Source of the DNA: Octopus bimaculoides
Taxonomy: Eukaryota
Reading direction: 5' to 3'
DNA length: 54,710 nt
Assembly: GCF_001194135.2 (NCBI RefSeq)
Contig: NC_068982.1
Span: 170,164,057 to 170,218,766, forward strand
The notes below the pieces were generated by a model, which saw only the letters and a list, made by a program, of their open reading frames with translations, ran no database searches and had not been told where the DNA came from. Both the position numbers and the translations under genes were made by a program. Shown piece after piece: positions 1 to 11,299 of this stretch; positions within the stretch are counted from its first letter, which is position 1, and each line of letters opens with the position of its first letter.

Positions 1-8
1 ATATATAT

Positions 9-157
9 GATGAGCTTGTTTCAGTCTCCGTCTACCACATCCACTTGGCTTTGGTTGGCCCGAGGCTATAGTAGAAGATACCTGCTCAAGGTGCTACGCA
101 GTGGGACTGAACGCGGGACTGAACGCAGAATCATGTGGTTGGTAAGCAAGCTACTTT
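9..157 (-). mobile_element. tRNA-derived SINE, family A (octopus OR-like), 5' part
   Basis: Reverse complement reads ...GTAGCTTGCTTACCAACCACATGATTC...GTTCAGTCCCACTGCGTAGCACCTTGAGCAGG...CTACTATAGCCTCGGGCCAACCAAAGCC, a tRNA-like head plus body. The same sequence recurs at 32.0 kb and 44.4-44.6 kb. Confidence 0.85.
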
Positions 158-628
158 ATTTCATACAATTTGCCACAAGGACATGACATAGCGTAACTGC
201 ATTAATTAATTAATGGGATGAAATGAATATAAAAATATGAATGACGGAAACGAGCGGCGCCCACCTACCACCTGACTTCACGAAGATTTGCGAGAACAGA
301 AGAAACAAGAGCGTGTTAAATGTTGTTGATGTTTAAATGAGCTTTTATTGTATTCAAGATCATGTTCTTACAAAACGGTAGAAAATGTCTACGACGGAAC
401 TACTGTCTGTTCCTGGGATATCTTACACTAGAAATACAGAACTTAGAACGTTATCGAATAATTATTACAGTTCATCCCACATCACATTATCATAGAACCT
501 TTGTCATATAACTGGTATGATGTATACTATAAGATCAGTTCTTTTATTAGATATGAATACTGTATGGAAACCATACGTATGAGATAAGTATGTATGAATA
601 TATGTATGTATGTGCTTATCTTTCTGCT

Positions 629-630
<2 letters not shown>

Positions 631-687
<57 letters not shown>

Positions 688-710
688 TTGTGTGTGTGTG
701 TGTTTGTGTT
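631..710. repeat. (TC)n plus (TG)n microsatellite
   Basis: Directly visible. Confidence 0.95.
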
Positions 711-1042
711 TCAAGGGTACTAGAGAAATTTAAACACTGGATTTAGGAATTTCGTTTTTATTTTGATCATCTGTCCAAGTAAAGTAATTCCTGTGACATC
801 CGCTCACATTTGCAGTTTATTTCGATTGTCTTAAAGGAATCATTAATTTTATATACAGTAATCTTTAGTATATCTACGAAAGTAGATTGAATCTATCATA
901 TTTAGGTCAAATGTCGATAATATAAAATCTCAACAATATAGTTTTGAAATATAGGTCCTGTAAAGGCATAAGAGCACCTTGTTATTTCTTTCGAAATAAA
1001 TTAATGAGATTGCTATGTAAACGATATTTGGTGACAAAAGAC

Positions 1043-1078
1043 ATAATAATAATAATACTAATACTAATACTAATAAGG

Positions 1079-1144
<66 letters not shown>

Positions 1145-1233
1145 TAGGCGATGATAGTAATGATGAATATAATTACAGTGACTATAACACTACAAACTGT
1201 ATTACCACTTAATAAAATGGAAATGATGTGAAA

Positions 1234-1301
<68 letters not shown>

Positions 1302-1316
1302 ATAATAATAATAATA
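1043..1316. repeat. (AAT)n and (GAT)n microsatellite cluster
   Basis: Directly visible; source of the poly-Ile ORF. Confidence 0.95.
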
Positions 1317-1331
1317 AAAATCATGTACATT

Positions 1332-1775
<444 letters not shown>

Positions 1776-1779
1776 AATC

Positions 1780-2130
1780 ATGTACATTGTTTTGTCTTGG
1801 TATTATAGACGGGCTGCAACAGATATTCTGCTCAGTAACACATATTTGCTTCTCTGTTGTTTGACCTTAACCTGTTGAGCATGTCCCTAAGTGGCTAAAG
1901 ATATGTGCATCTCTAATCACGAGCAGAAGTAGGCGGGGAGCATCATAGCTATGTGTTGGGAGGAATTCTTTGGGGTTTGGATAATTCCCTTTTGGAAACA
2001 TGGGTGTTTTGTTCAACAACCTTAAACAACCCTTCTTCAGGGACCTTTTGAGCGAGATGGGCTACTAAGCCTGAAAGAAATTCTAACTGGGCTCCAACTG
2101 CAAGATTATGCAGATCACCATGCAGATCGG
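1780..2130 (-). mobile_element. Interspersed repeat fragment (non-autonomous, family uncertain)
   Basis: I recognise this as a common octopus repeat from memory (GAGCATGTCCCT...CAGGGACCTTTTGAGCG...). There is no second copy in the window to confirm it. Confidence 0.45.
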
Positions 2131-3815
2131 TGTGTGTGTGTGTATTTCTCTGTGTCTATGCATATGTATCTATATACAAAATTCGCAGGACTTGAACTGT
2201 CGTTAATAAAAAGAAAATTCGCAGTGTAAAATGCCAATACTGCGTGGTGAACAAAGCAAAAATAACCTCGAACCGTTTCAATGAGCAAAAACATTTGCTA
2301 GTACGCTCAGCATAATGGAAGCTATTAGAAAACTTGGGACCTGCACAAAATGGGACGTATGTGAATATTTATTTCACGATTGTACTTGCAATTATTCTGT
2401 AATCTAAGGGGAATTTGTGGAATTCTCCATAAGGATGAAAATATCATGCGAAGGTGTATCAATAAGCGACTACAGAGAAAATAGACAATAAATCTAGTTA
2501 GATTGAATGAATATATCTATATTGCAGTACCGAATTTCCTAGCATCGGTCTTTGTTACTGTCGTTCAATCACACACACTTAGATATTTAGATACTTAAAA
2601 ACTTAGATACTTGGATATTTATATGTTTCGATCAGAATTGGCCCAGGCCATGTCTAACTTGATAGCACTACCTGTAACATATACACGTCTCGATTAAAGT
2701 TTCATCAGCAATATTTGTGAAATATTCGTAGGCTGTATACAGGTCTTTATATACAACAAATATGAGACGCACGTATATACATATACAAACACACAAATAT
2801 ACATACACATAGATAAGCATCTTGGTGCCTTGAGATATGCAAATAAGATTAAAGTAAAATGTACATAGAAAGTAGATACACACATAGAGTGAAAGAGGGA
2901 GAGAGAGAAACTGGGAGCAAGTGAAAGAGAGAGAGATGGAGGGGTAGAGACAAATTGTGGGTGAGGTGTGTACGGAGTTGAATGTGGAAAGTTGTTAAAA
3001 ATTTAGGTTAAAAATACTCAAAGATTGCTAATTGGCTTCTTTTGGATATAACAAGGGAAAGTAAAGCACACATACTCCCTACACTCTCATAAACATATGC
3101 ATAATCACTCCGTCTATCATTACTACATATATATGCACACAAAATGATACAGACACACATTCTTGCATGCGGATTTATACAAAATCACGAACAATGTTCA
3201 TGCACGAATATATTTCGGAGAAAAATTTAGCAGAAAAATGAATCTGATATCTTAAGTAATTAGCATTAAATTAGGACTTGAAGAACTAGTAACAGAAGGA
3301 CGCTAAGCAAAATTTTATGCAAAAGTCTTTAAAGAGAGAGAAAGAGTGGAAGAAACGTCTTGTTAACAAAGCTTCTTGAAACCAATTAAAATTTCGACAT
3401 AGTTAAATCAGTACACAGTAGTGCAGTAACTCATATAGAAATATGTATGGAGATGTATGCACACACATCAATATTCGTCCATCTATCATACAAATATATC
3501 TACATACCCACATACCTATACACAACATACATACGTACATACGTATGTATATGCATAAATACTTACAAATAATGATGCACAATGGCATTCCCTCTTCTCT
3601 TCAGTTTATTTTCCTATCTTTTCAGATTTTCTTCATTCATTTTAACTCCTTCAGTATGACGTAAATTCCATTCACCTACCACTTTTCTCTCTGTCTATCT
3701 CTCATATCCATTTCTGTAGACTTCTCTTCCTATCTATATCTGCCGCTCACATTTGCTTTAAAAATTTCTCTTACATTCGATAGTTACGCCGTATATAAAT
3801 ATCCATACACATGTT

Positions 3816-4050
3816 CAGGGTGCGTAAGGTATTCCAGGACATACCTTTTTTGGGGGCCATTGCTGCATTTTTTGCTAACTCTGTACAATCTCTGTTTCAG
3901 AAAATAATATTGACAGACCCACCTCAGCTTGCTCAAGAAATGAAGAGGCATGCTATAATTGTGGTTATAAAGGCTGAGCATAGCTATTTAGAGATATCTC
4001 GATTTTTAAAATTTGCCAGATCTTTCGTCTACAAAGCTAGAGACTGAAGA
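3816..4050 (+). mobile_element. Tc1/mariner-superfamily (maT/DD37D-like) transposon 5' fragment encoding the N-terminal HTH
   Basis: The translation QEMKRHAIIVVIKAEHSYLEISRFLKFARSFVYKAR matches the N-terminal HTH of maT-type transposases. The segment starts near a CAGGGTG terminus-like motif. No DDD domain follows. Confidence 0.7.
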
Positions 4051-4090
4051 TAGAAATGTATCACAAGCATCAAAACATTCTAAATACTCT

Positions 4091-4187
4091 GTCGACCTCG
4101 GCGGAATTTGAACTCAGAACGTAAAGACAGACGAAATACGGCTAAGCATATCGTACGACGTGCTGATGTTACTACCAGCTTACGGCC
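4091..4187 (-). mobile_element. tRNA-derived SINE, family B, 5' part
   Basis: GTCGACCTCGGCGGAATTTGAACTCAGAACGT...GACGAAATAC...CTAAGCAT (B-box GAGTTCAAATTC on the minus strand); near-identical to the copies at 43.4 and 44.3 kb. Confidence 0.9.
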
Positions 4188-4276
4188 GTAGAAAGTATAC
4201 AATAAATTAAAACATTAAATGTTTCAGTAACCAGATACACCCACACCACCGGTTCTTTGTACACACACACGCACGC

Positions 4277-4309
<33 letters not shown>

Positions 4310-4744
4310 TCCCAACGCATTCACGCTCGTTCCTTTCAACACATACGCACACACGCTCGCTTATTTTCGTTATATTTTCAATTTTCTTTAGTTTTGCTTT
4401 GATAATTTTCACTCAGTACTTTCTTCCACCCTTTAACATACCCGCAGTATACCTTCCTCACATACCCTGTCAGTAGATTTTCATTTAACACCCTTACGAA
4501 TCTGCACATTATTCTTTCCCACTCTTAAGAATCTATCAGTTCAGTTAACAAATAAAAGAAACATACTCATCAGAAATTCTAAAAAGCAATCAAAGCAAAT
4601 AATTATGAAATATTGCAAAGAATATAAATGTATTGCAGAAATGACAAGAATTAGTAACAAAATTGAAAAATAATAATTAATATTGGACTTTATAATGAGG
4701 ATGGTGCCAAGCTTATAATTAATGACAATGATTCAGAATATGTA

Positions 4745-4972
4745 TATTGATGTTGACAATGGTGATGATGATGATGGCGATAATGATGATGACGATGATA
4801 ATGATGATGATGACGATGATGATGACAATTATGACGACGACGATGGTGACGTTGATGATGATGATGATGGTTATGATAATTATGATAATTATGGTAGTGA
4901 TGATGATTATGATGACTATGAAAATAGTGATGATGTTGATGATACTGAAGCCATTGATAATAATGATGATGA
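4745..4972. repeat. Degenerate (GAT)n tract
   Basis: Directly visible; source of the Asp/Met/His-rich ORFs. Confidence 0.9.
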
Positions 4973-4974
4973 CG

Positions 4975-5630
4975 TTTACTGAAAGTACATTTAGATACTT
5001 CAAAGAGAAGTCGCAAAGGATAGTGGCTTAAACTGGAGAACACTTGATTGCGATAGACGCTCAAAGCATGCTGCCACTCATCAATGAATGCTTACAAGAA
5101 ATCGGAATACAATAAGTAGCTGCAGAAAATGTGGCATTATGAAAGAAACAGTTTACCACATTATCTGGCTTCTCCTTCCTAGCTAAGAAATACAACATTC
5201 ACAGATATGACAGAGTTATGATTTGCATACACCGGAAGCTATGCAGTATCATGTGTCCGGGCAAGACGAAGCTACATCAGGTGATGACGCTCCTATTCGG
5301 GGAGTTCTGGAGTTGTGGGTAGTGGGAACTCACTTTTTAATTACCATCACTTCCAGATCCATTGTGATCCGGAACGGTAGTGCTTGTTAGATAATTTTTT
5401 GTAAGGGTAGGTCGAGCTTCATAGCTGCAGTGAAAGAAATCAATCTTGAGTAGGAAAGCTCCAAAATTAATACGCTCTTCCAACATGCCCTACGCCAGCA
5501 TGGAAGAGTATGGCTGATGAAAATAATATGAGGTATGTCCAGTAACATAGATTCACACAACAGAAGCAATTATCTCGGGATAGTGCGCGTTCTGCTGTGG
5601 TTGGAAAAAGAGGGGCATGAATGCAGTATT
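4975..5630 (+). mobile_element. R4/Dong-type non-LTR retrotransposon fragment A (CCHC plus RLE region), decayed
   Basis: SCRKCGIMKETVYHI (zinc knuckle) at about 5118-5165, then HRYDRV..IHRKLC-like sequence and a C-terminal LGIVRVL motif; multiple stops and frameshifts. Confidence 0.7.
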
Positions 5631-5714
5631 ATGAGACAACAAACAGAAAAGAGCTAGTGTTGGCATATATTATGAAAAGAGGACCCCTAGAATGACAAAT
5701 GGACCCTGCACTAG

Positions 5715-6125
5715 GATATATCAACACACACACAATGATGAAGGCTTATCAGTTACATATTATTGTAGATAATCTCTAGTAAGTAATGATCACACAACGA
5801 AGAATTTGTAGTGGCATATATCAAAATATTATATTTTGCGCAGTTATACAGTATTCATCCAAATAGAAAGAATTAGGAAAGCAAGGCAACTCGAATGTTA
5901 GAGCTGAAAGTAAAAACAATTCTTGTAGTAATATGTACGTTTGGAATCATAAAATAATATTCTGACAAATACATAACTAGAACAATATGATATAGAAATG
6001 TGCATCACATATAGAAAGTAGCATTACTAGGCATAGTATAAATATTATTTAGAAACATTCGATACTGAGATAGAAAGAAAACCAAAATAAATACTCGATA
6101 GTACAGTAAAAATTACAACTGGATA
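5715..6125 (+). mobile_element. R4/Dong-type fragment B (3' end)
   Basis: LKVKTILVVICTFGIIK...HHI*KVALLGIV is the R4 C-terminus; a short 3' UTR runs into (GAT)n at 6121. Confidence 0.7.
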
Positions 6126-6225
6126 ATGATGATGATAATGATGATGATGGCGGTAGTAGTGGTGATGGTGTTGGTGGTGACATTGGTGATAATGGTGGTG
6201 ATAATGATGATTATGATGACGATGA

Positions 6226-7560
6226 TGATGCAAGAAATCTAGTCACTGCAATGGATATCTGTACAATTGCAGTGGTTAGATATAGTGCGTCTCTTCTCAG
6301 ATGCACAGATGAAGAAATATGAAAGTTGGATTGAAAGACGAGAAAGTTAATGACATTGTACGGAGCTTTACACCCTAAAGTAAATATAAATAGATCGTAC
6401 ATGAAAAGGAAGAATGATGGTAGAGGTATCAACTGTGTGGATCATTGCATAAGGAGTGAAAAGAGAACGCCTACAGAATATTTGGTAAACAGTGGCGAAT
6501 GGTTGTGGCAATATGCTACAGAAGATATGGTAAAAATGTAAATGAAATGTTTGATAAGGAGAGTTTAACCAAAGAGTTACAGAGAATAAAAAAGATCTCG
6601 AAATGTGAATGCACGGTAAGTTTGAAAGAAATACAACATATCGAGCAGAAAATAGCGTCATTGACAAGTCTTAAGCAAGGCAATTTGAAGCCTTATAACT
6701 TTATCATTGAAAGCCTTATAACTGCAACGCAAAACCAAGCTCTTTCTACCCATTCGGTGACGTATTACATCTACAAAACGTCTGACACCCAAAATTACAA
6801 ATTCTGTGAAAAGACATGCCTTTTTAAAGGAGATAGAACGATTCATCCTTGCTGCTCAAAAAGAAGCTTTACGAACCAGTTCATTCAAGTTCATTCAAGT
6901 GCATTCAGTTCATTCAAGCGCAGAAGTGAGAAGACAGCAGTATCAATTTTGTGTAAAGATATTACCGGAGACGGTTAGACATAATTAGTGCATGCTCAAA
7001 TCTGGCGTAAAAAGGAGTACAAAAACGCTATGACAAAATGGAAGTGCGGATACACTGCTAGTTCTGCAAGAAGTAGGGGATAGAGTGTCTCAACGAGTGA
7101 TATGAGCACCAACCTTTGCTAGTAGCAGAGAATGATCACAGGAAATCACATGGGATATGCTGATCTAAGAAGGAGCTGCAACATAATTGATCAGTTATCA
7201 CTCTCCTATGGAAAGAATCCAAAATATGGATCTTCATCAACGTAGATATACCTGCAGACCAGAATATTATGAAGACACAGAACTAGAAAATCGAGAAGTA
7301 CTAAGATCTTCCATTGAAAATGAAACATCCATAAAGGCTGATAAGTGTGAGTGACATCTATTGCGATCGGTGCACTTGTGACCATCTCAAAGAAAACAAT
7401 GTTCTGGCATGAAAAGCTGCAAATACCAAACTTCATAGGAAGTACACAGCTTGTAGCGATACTTGGAACAGTATATATGTTGAGGAAAGTGTTGCGTTTC
7501 TGGGCTGAGGGATGGCGCTGGGGCATGACATAGAAAACCCCAGAAGGAATAATAATAATG
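6226..7560 (+). mobile_element. R4/Dong-type fragment C (thumb, CCHC, RLE, 3' end), apparently chimeric
   Basis: KTRKLMTLYGALHPKVNINRSYMKRKNDGRG (thumb), ESLITATQNQAL, KEIERFILAAQKEALRT and IAIGALVTISKK...AILGTVYMLRKVL; ends in AATAATAATAAT. Confidence 0.9.
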
Positions 7561-8395
7561 AAGGCTTATATTCTCTAATCCAAAGAGAAAGAGTGCTTAG
7601 CAGGGATATTGAGATATGGTTTGGAATAAATAAATGTGCAGAGTCAGTTATGAATAGAGACCGAAATATGAAGTTTGTTGGTATAAAATTACCACACGTT
7701 AATATGAGATCGCTGCAGAATAACGAGAGGATAAATGTAACCAGTAATGCTGCAAGACGAGAGGAGAATTGATTGGGAAATAAGAGAGAAAGTCTCCAAA
7801 AAGTCCAAGAGAATATTTATGGTGGGGCTCAAAATTAAATAGAGGGAATCTTACCTAGGCCATGAATTTATGAACCATGCCAATTTTAAGATCCACTGCT
7901 CCATTTTTTTTTTAAATGGATAAAGACAGAGCTACAGAACTAAGAAGTTCCTCACTATATACAACACGTACCGATCTAAAGGTAATACCGATAAACATTA
8001 CCTATGAAGAAAAAAATAAGGAGGCAGAGGATTACTAAATGCAGAAGACATCATTAGTATTGCGACATGAGGCTAGAAGAACGGTATTGTACGTAATGAG
8101 AAATGATTCCTATCGGCGGCCAGAAATGTTCCAAAATCCATTGAAACAGTGGTGAAATTCAAGAAGAGAAAGAACAACAGAATAAGTAACTGGAAAGGGA
8201 AAGTATTATATGGCCAATTTATGCAACAATCCAAGGATGGTGAAAGTAAAGACTGTCGGTTATTGCTCTACCAGATGAAAAGCTGTAACAGGAAATTGAA
8301 TTGTTAATTATGACCTTTCAGGAACAAGCTGAAAGGATGAATTCTATAACAGCAATGATAGATAAAACTCGATCAGAGAGCAATTGCAGACTCTA
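7561..8395 (+). mobile_element. R4/Dong-type fragment D (late RT to pre-CCHC)
   Basis: LYSLIQRERVLSRDIEIWFGINKCA...GIKLP and WKGKVLYGQF motifs; begins immediately after the AAT tail of fragment C. Confidence 0.8.
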
Positions 8396-9589
8396 TATTC
8401 TTGAACCCTGTGTACTGTGACAAAAGGTTGTGGAGAAGAACGAAGGATACCTGTTCTACCTATATTTCCGTCATCAGGATTTACTTTCATATGCCCTGCT
8501 ACAGTAAATGCTTTCATATCTTGTCAGGCATCGGTCCAAAGTAATTCCTCTTCCTAGTGCCTAGGTAGCACTTCCCGTTTATTTAGCTTTGAAAACAAGA
8601 ATGTAACGTCCCACCTCGTCCTTTATATAAATAGTGTATCACCACCAATGCACTGTCTGTTGCGAACATGTATCCGCCCCTCTTATTTCTGAGCTTCCTG
8701 AGGTAGAGAAACGCTTTGACTCACTTAGCTACTATGGGATGGGATATTGTTGTTGTTGTTGTTTGTGGTGGTGGTGATGCTGTTTTATGTACTGCTTTTC
8801 TCCCTTTCGACTAAGTTAATAATTCTAATCTTTTCCTTGATATTAAATTCCGTAATCGTAATGGTAGTATAACCAATAAATGCAACAATAACAATAATGT
8901 ACACATTATCTCTTCTGTTGCCAGTACATTTTCAGTGTAATAATTTCTTTTGTCGAGAGTCTACGACGTTCCAAAGAAACTAAGAAGAAAACATGAAGTA
9001 TACGTACGAATATCTAACTAAAAATTTGCATAGTGTTGGAAGGGCCCTTATTTATAGTAGCTGTACAGTGAAAAGACATTCTCATAAAGATTAAGATAAA
9101 TAAAAAGATATTATCTACAATGTATCATATCAATAAAATCAATTATAACATTTCTGATTTGATTTTTCGTAAAATGACATAATGATATTAATGGGTAATA
9201 CAGTGTTAAATAAGAAAATTATAGTGACAAAATTCGGAGGATTCTTATTTAAAATAGATAAGTGGTGTGTAGGATTAACTAATATAGTTGATAAAACGTT
9301 AAAAGTACTCATATAAAAATAGAGAATTGGGGTGTGGGTAAATCTACATATATAGCAGAGACAGTCCGCGCATGGAAGCAGTAAAAAGATAATTAATACA
9401 ATATTACGTCAGAAGATTGATATTGCTATACTTTAACTGCTCAAGAAAACAAAAGTAAAGGTTTCATGTGCCACAAAGAAGGTATATAGCGCAGAGAAGA
9501 ATCTTCGACAGTATATGATATTTCAGACAGTTGTTGTTTGGTGTGAAATTCTTTGGTGTGACAGAGACATGTTGCAATTATAGCAATAT

Positions 9590-10351
9590 GAAAAAAATAA
9601 GGAAAAGGAAAATACATGATGGTACGGAAAAGCAATGTATAGATAGTTTGTCAGAAATTTGAGTAACGATATGGATAAATAAAGGAAATCAGACTTAATG
9701 GTTGGAAGTGAAGCCTTAATCTGTGCTGTACAAAAACAAACACTTAGAATAAAATACGCGAAATATCACATCGATAAGAATGTTGAATCACACATATGTA
9801 GGATTAGTTTAAAAAAAATGAAAACATTCGCTACATAGTGAGCAAATACAATAAACGTCTACAAAGAGAATGCAAATGAAAACATTGCCTGAATTGTGAT
9901 TTGGAAACTGTGAAAATATGATTTGGATAGAGGCGATAAGTGGTACGAATATCGGTAACAATGCAATGGAGAAAAAAAAAACGAAAAAAGTTAAGTTGCG
10001 GGATTTCATCAGTGAATATGAGGAATGAAGACCAAACATCATTCACACCAAATGCTCGTGCTGATAATAGAGTTGGAAGAAACAAGAAAAGCTTGAGAAA
10101 TACCAAGACTTGAAACTGATGTTGTAAGAGGGGAAAAAGTGAGAAAAAAAAACAATGAGTTGAAATTATGCCGGAGGTCGTAAATTCTCAGTATAGTCAG
10201 AAAGAAGATGGAATCAAGCAAGAGAAACATCGGGATTGATATTCGAACAGAGCATCAACTGAAAATAAGATTACTTGAAAAAAAAGAACGGTACTTCGCC
10301 AATAGTCATGATTTAATCCTTGATTGTAGAAGCGATGAATTAAATGTCATC
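9590..10351 (+). mobile_element. R4/Dong-type fragment E (3' end)
   Basis: SEALICAVQKQTLRIKYAKYHIDK, KLEKYQDLK and GIDIRTEH motifs; runs directly into (AAT)n at 10352. Confidence 0.85.
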
Positions 10352-10352
10352 G

Positions 10353-10431
<79 letters not shown>
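10352..10431. repeat. (AAT)n microsatellite
   Basis: Directly visible. Confidence 0.97.
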
Positions 10432-10432
<1 letters not shown>

Positions 10433-10498
10433 CCTTTCTACTAAAGGTACAAAGCCTGAAGTTATGAGAGATTGGACTAGTCGATCACATTGACATCT
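10432..10498 (-). mobile_element. SINE family B 3' end; its tail is the (ATT)n reading of the adjacent tract
   Basis: CCTTTCTACTAAAGGTACAAAGCCTGAA...ACTAGTCGATCACATTGAC resembles the family B 3' ends at 43.1 and 30.05 kb. Confidence 0.65.
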
Positions 10499-10521
10499 AA
10501 GAACATGCACCACCCCAAAGC

Positions 10522-10593
10522 AGACTGCGACCTGTTCACTGACAAATCTTCGTGATGCAGAACAGAATTTTGTCAGTAAACAGGTCGCAGTCT
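10522..10593. mobile_element. 72-bp palindromic mini-element with 25-bp TIRs and 6-bp TSD
   Basis: Arm 10522-10546 AGACTGCGACCTGTTCACTGACAAA and arm 10569-10593 match at 24/25 as inverted repeats. CAAAGC lies on both sides (10516-10521, 10594-10599). Confidence 0.75.
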
Positions 10594-11299
10594 CAAAGCG
10601 ACGAAAATATTTTGGCAAATTAAATTTAAATGTTGAAGTGAATCTAACGAATTTTGTGTGTTTCTTAAATGGCTTATAAACACCTTCCACGCTGCAATTG
10701 TTTTCGTTCCAGCACACGATCTCAGATCAGGTCACTTACTATGCAAGTACATCTGCGTAGTATATATATAATTTTTTTCTTGTTCTATCAGTAATTGAAA
10801 ACAGATCAATGTGAATTGGTCTTTTCTAAAGTCAAGGTCAGCGTTCTCATTGATCGCTAGTAGTAGTAAACACATTTGACCTCTGCTGACCACAAGGGTG
10901 TGACGCTTCTTTTGATTTCTGATCGCACAGGAATGCGAAGCCCCATTGTTGATTTCCTTCTCACCATCTGCTATATTTACAGACATGTGGAATTTGGTCT
11001 ATTCACCAAGCTGTTTCTCTTCCTCCTCTTCAACCCTCGCATATTTATGATTATCTCAAGTACAAGACAAACGTGAAAGCTAAACAGCATTTAATAATAC
11101 CACACTGTCGTAGGCGCAAAGATGGCAGACTTAACTGAATATAGGTTGTACTGTTGCCATGGCTATAAAAGTTAGCCACAGCGATGCAGATCAAGGCACT
11201 ATTGTAGTAACTAACAATGAACGATGCTGTAATGGCAAGGTCAAAGTAACTGTAACGGTACTAATTGCGGAGATATCAATAGCGGCAGAGACAACAACC

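Noticed and set aside
2170-2480. Possible Penelope GIY-YIG remnant (KCQYC...RFNEQK)
   Set aside because: Only one loose motif; too decayed to support.
10732-11076. 84-aa and 66-aa ORFs on opposite strands
   Set aside because: No recognisable motif or splice context.
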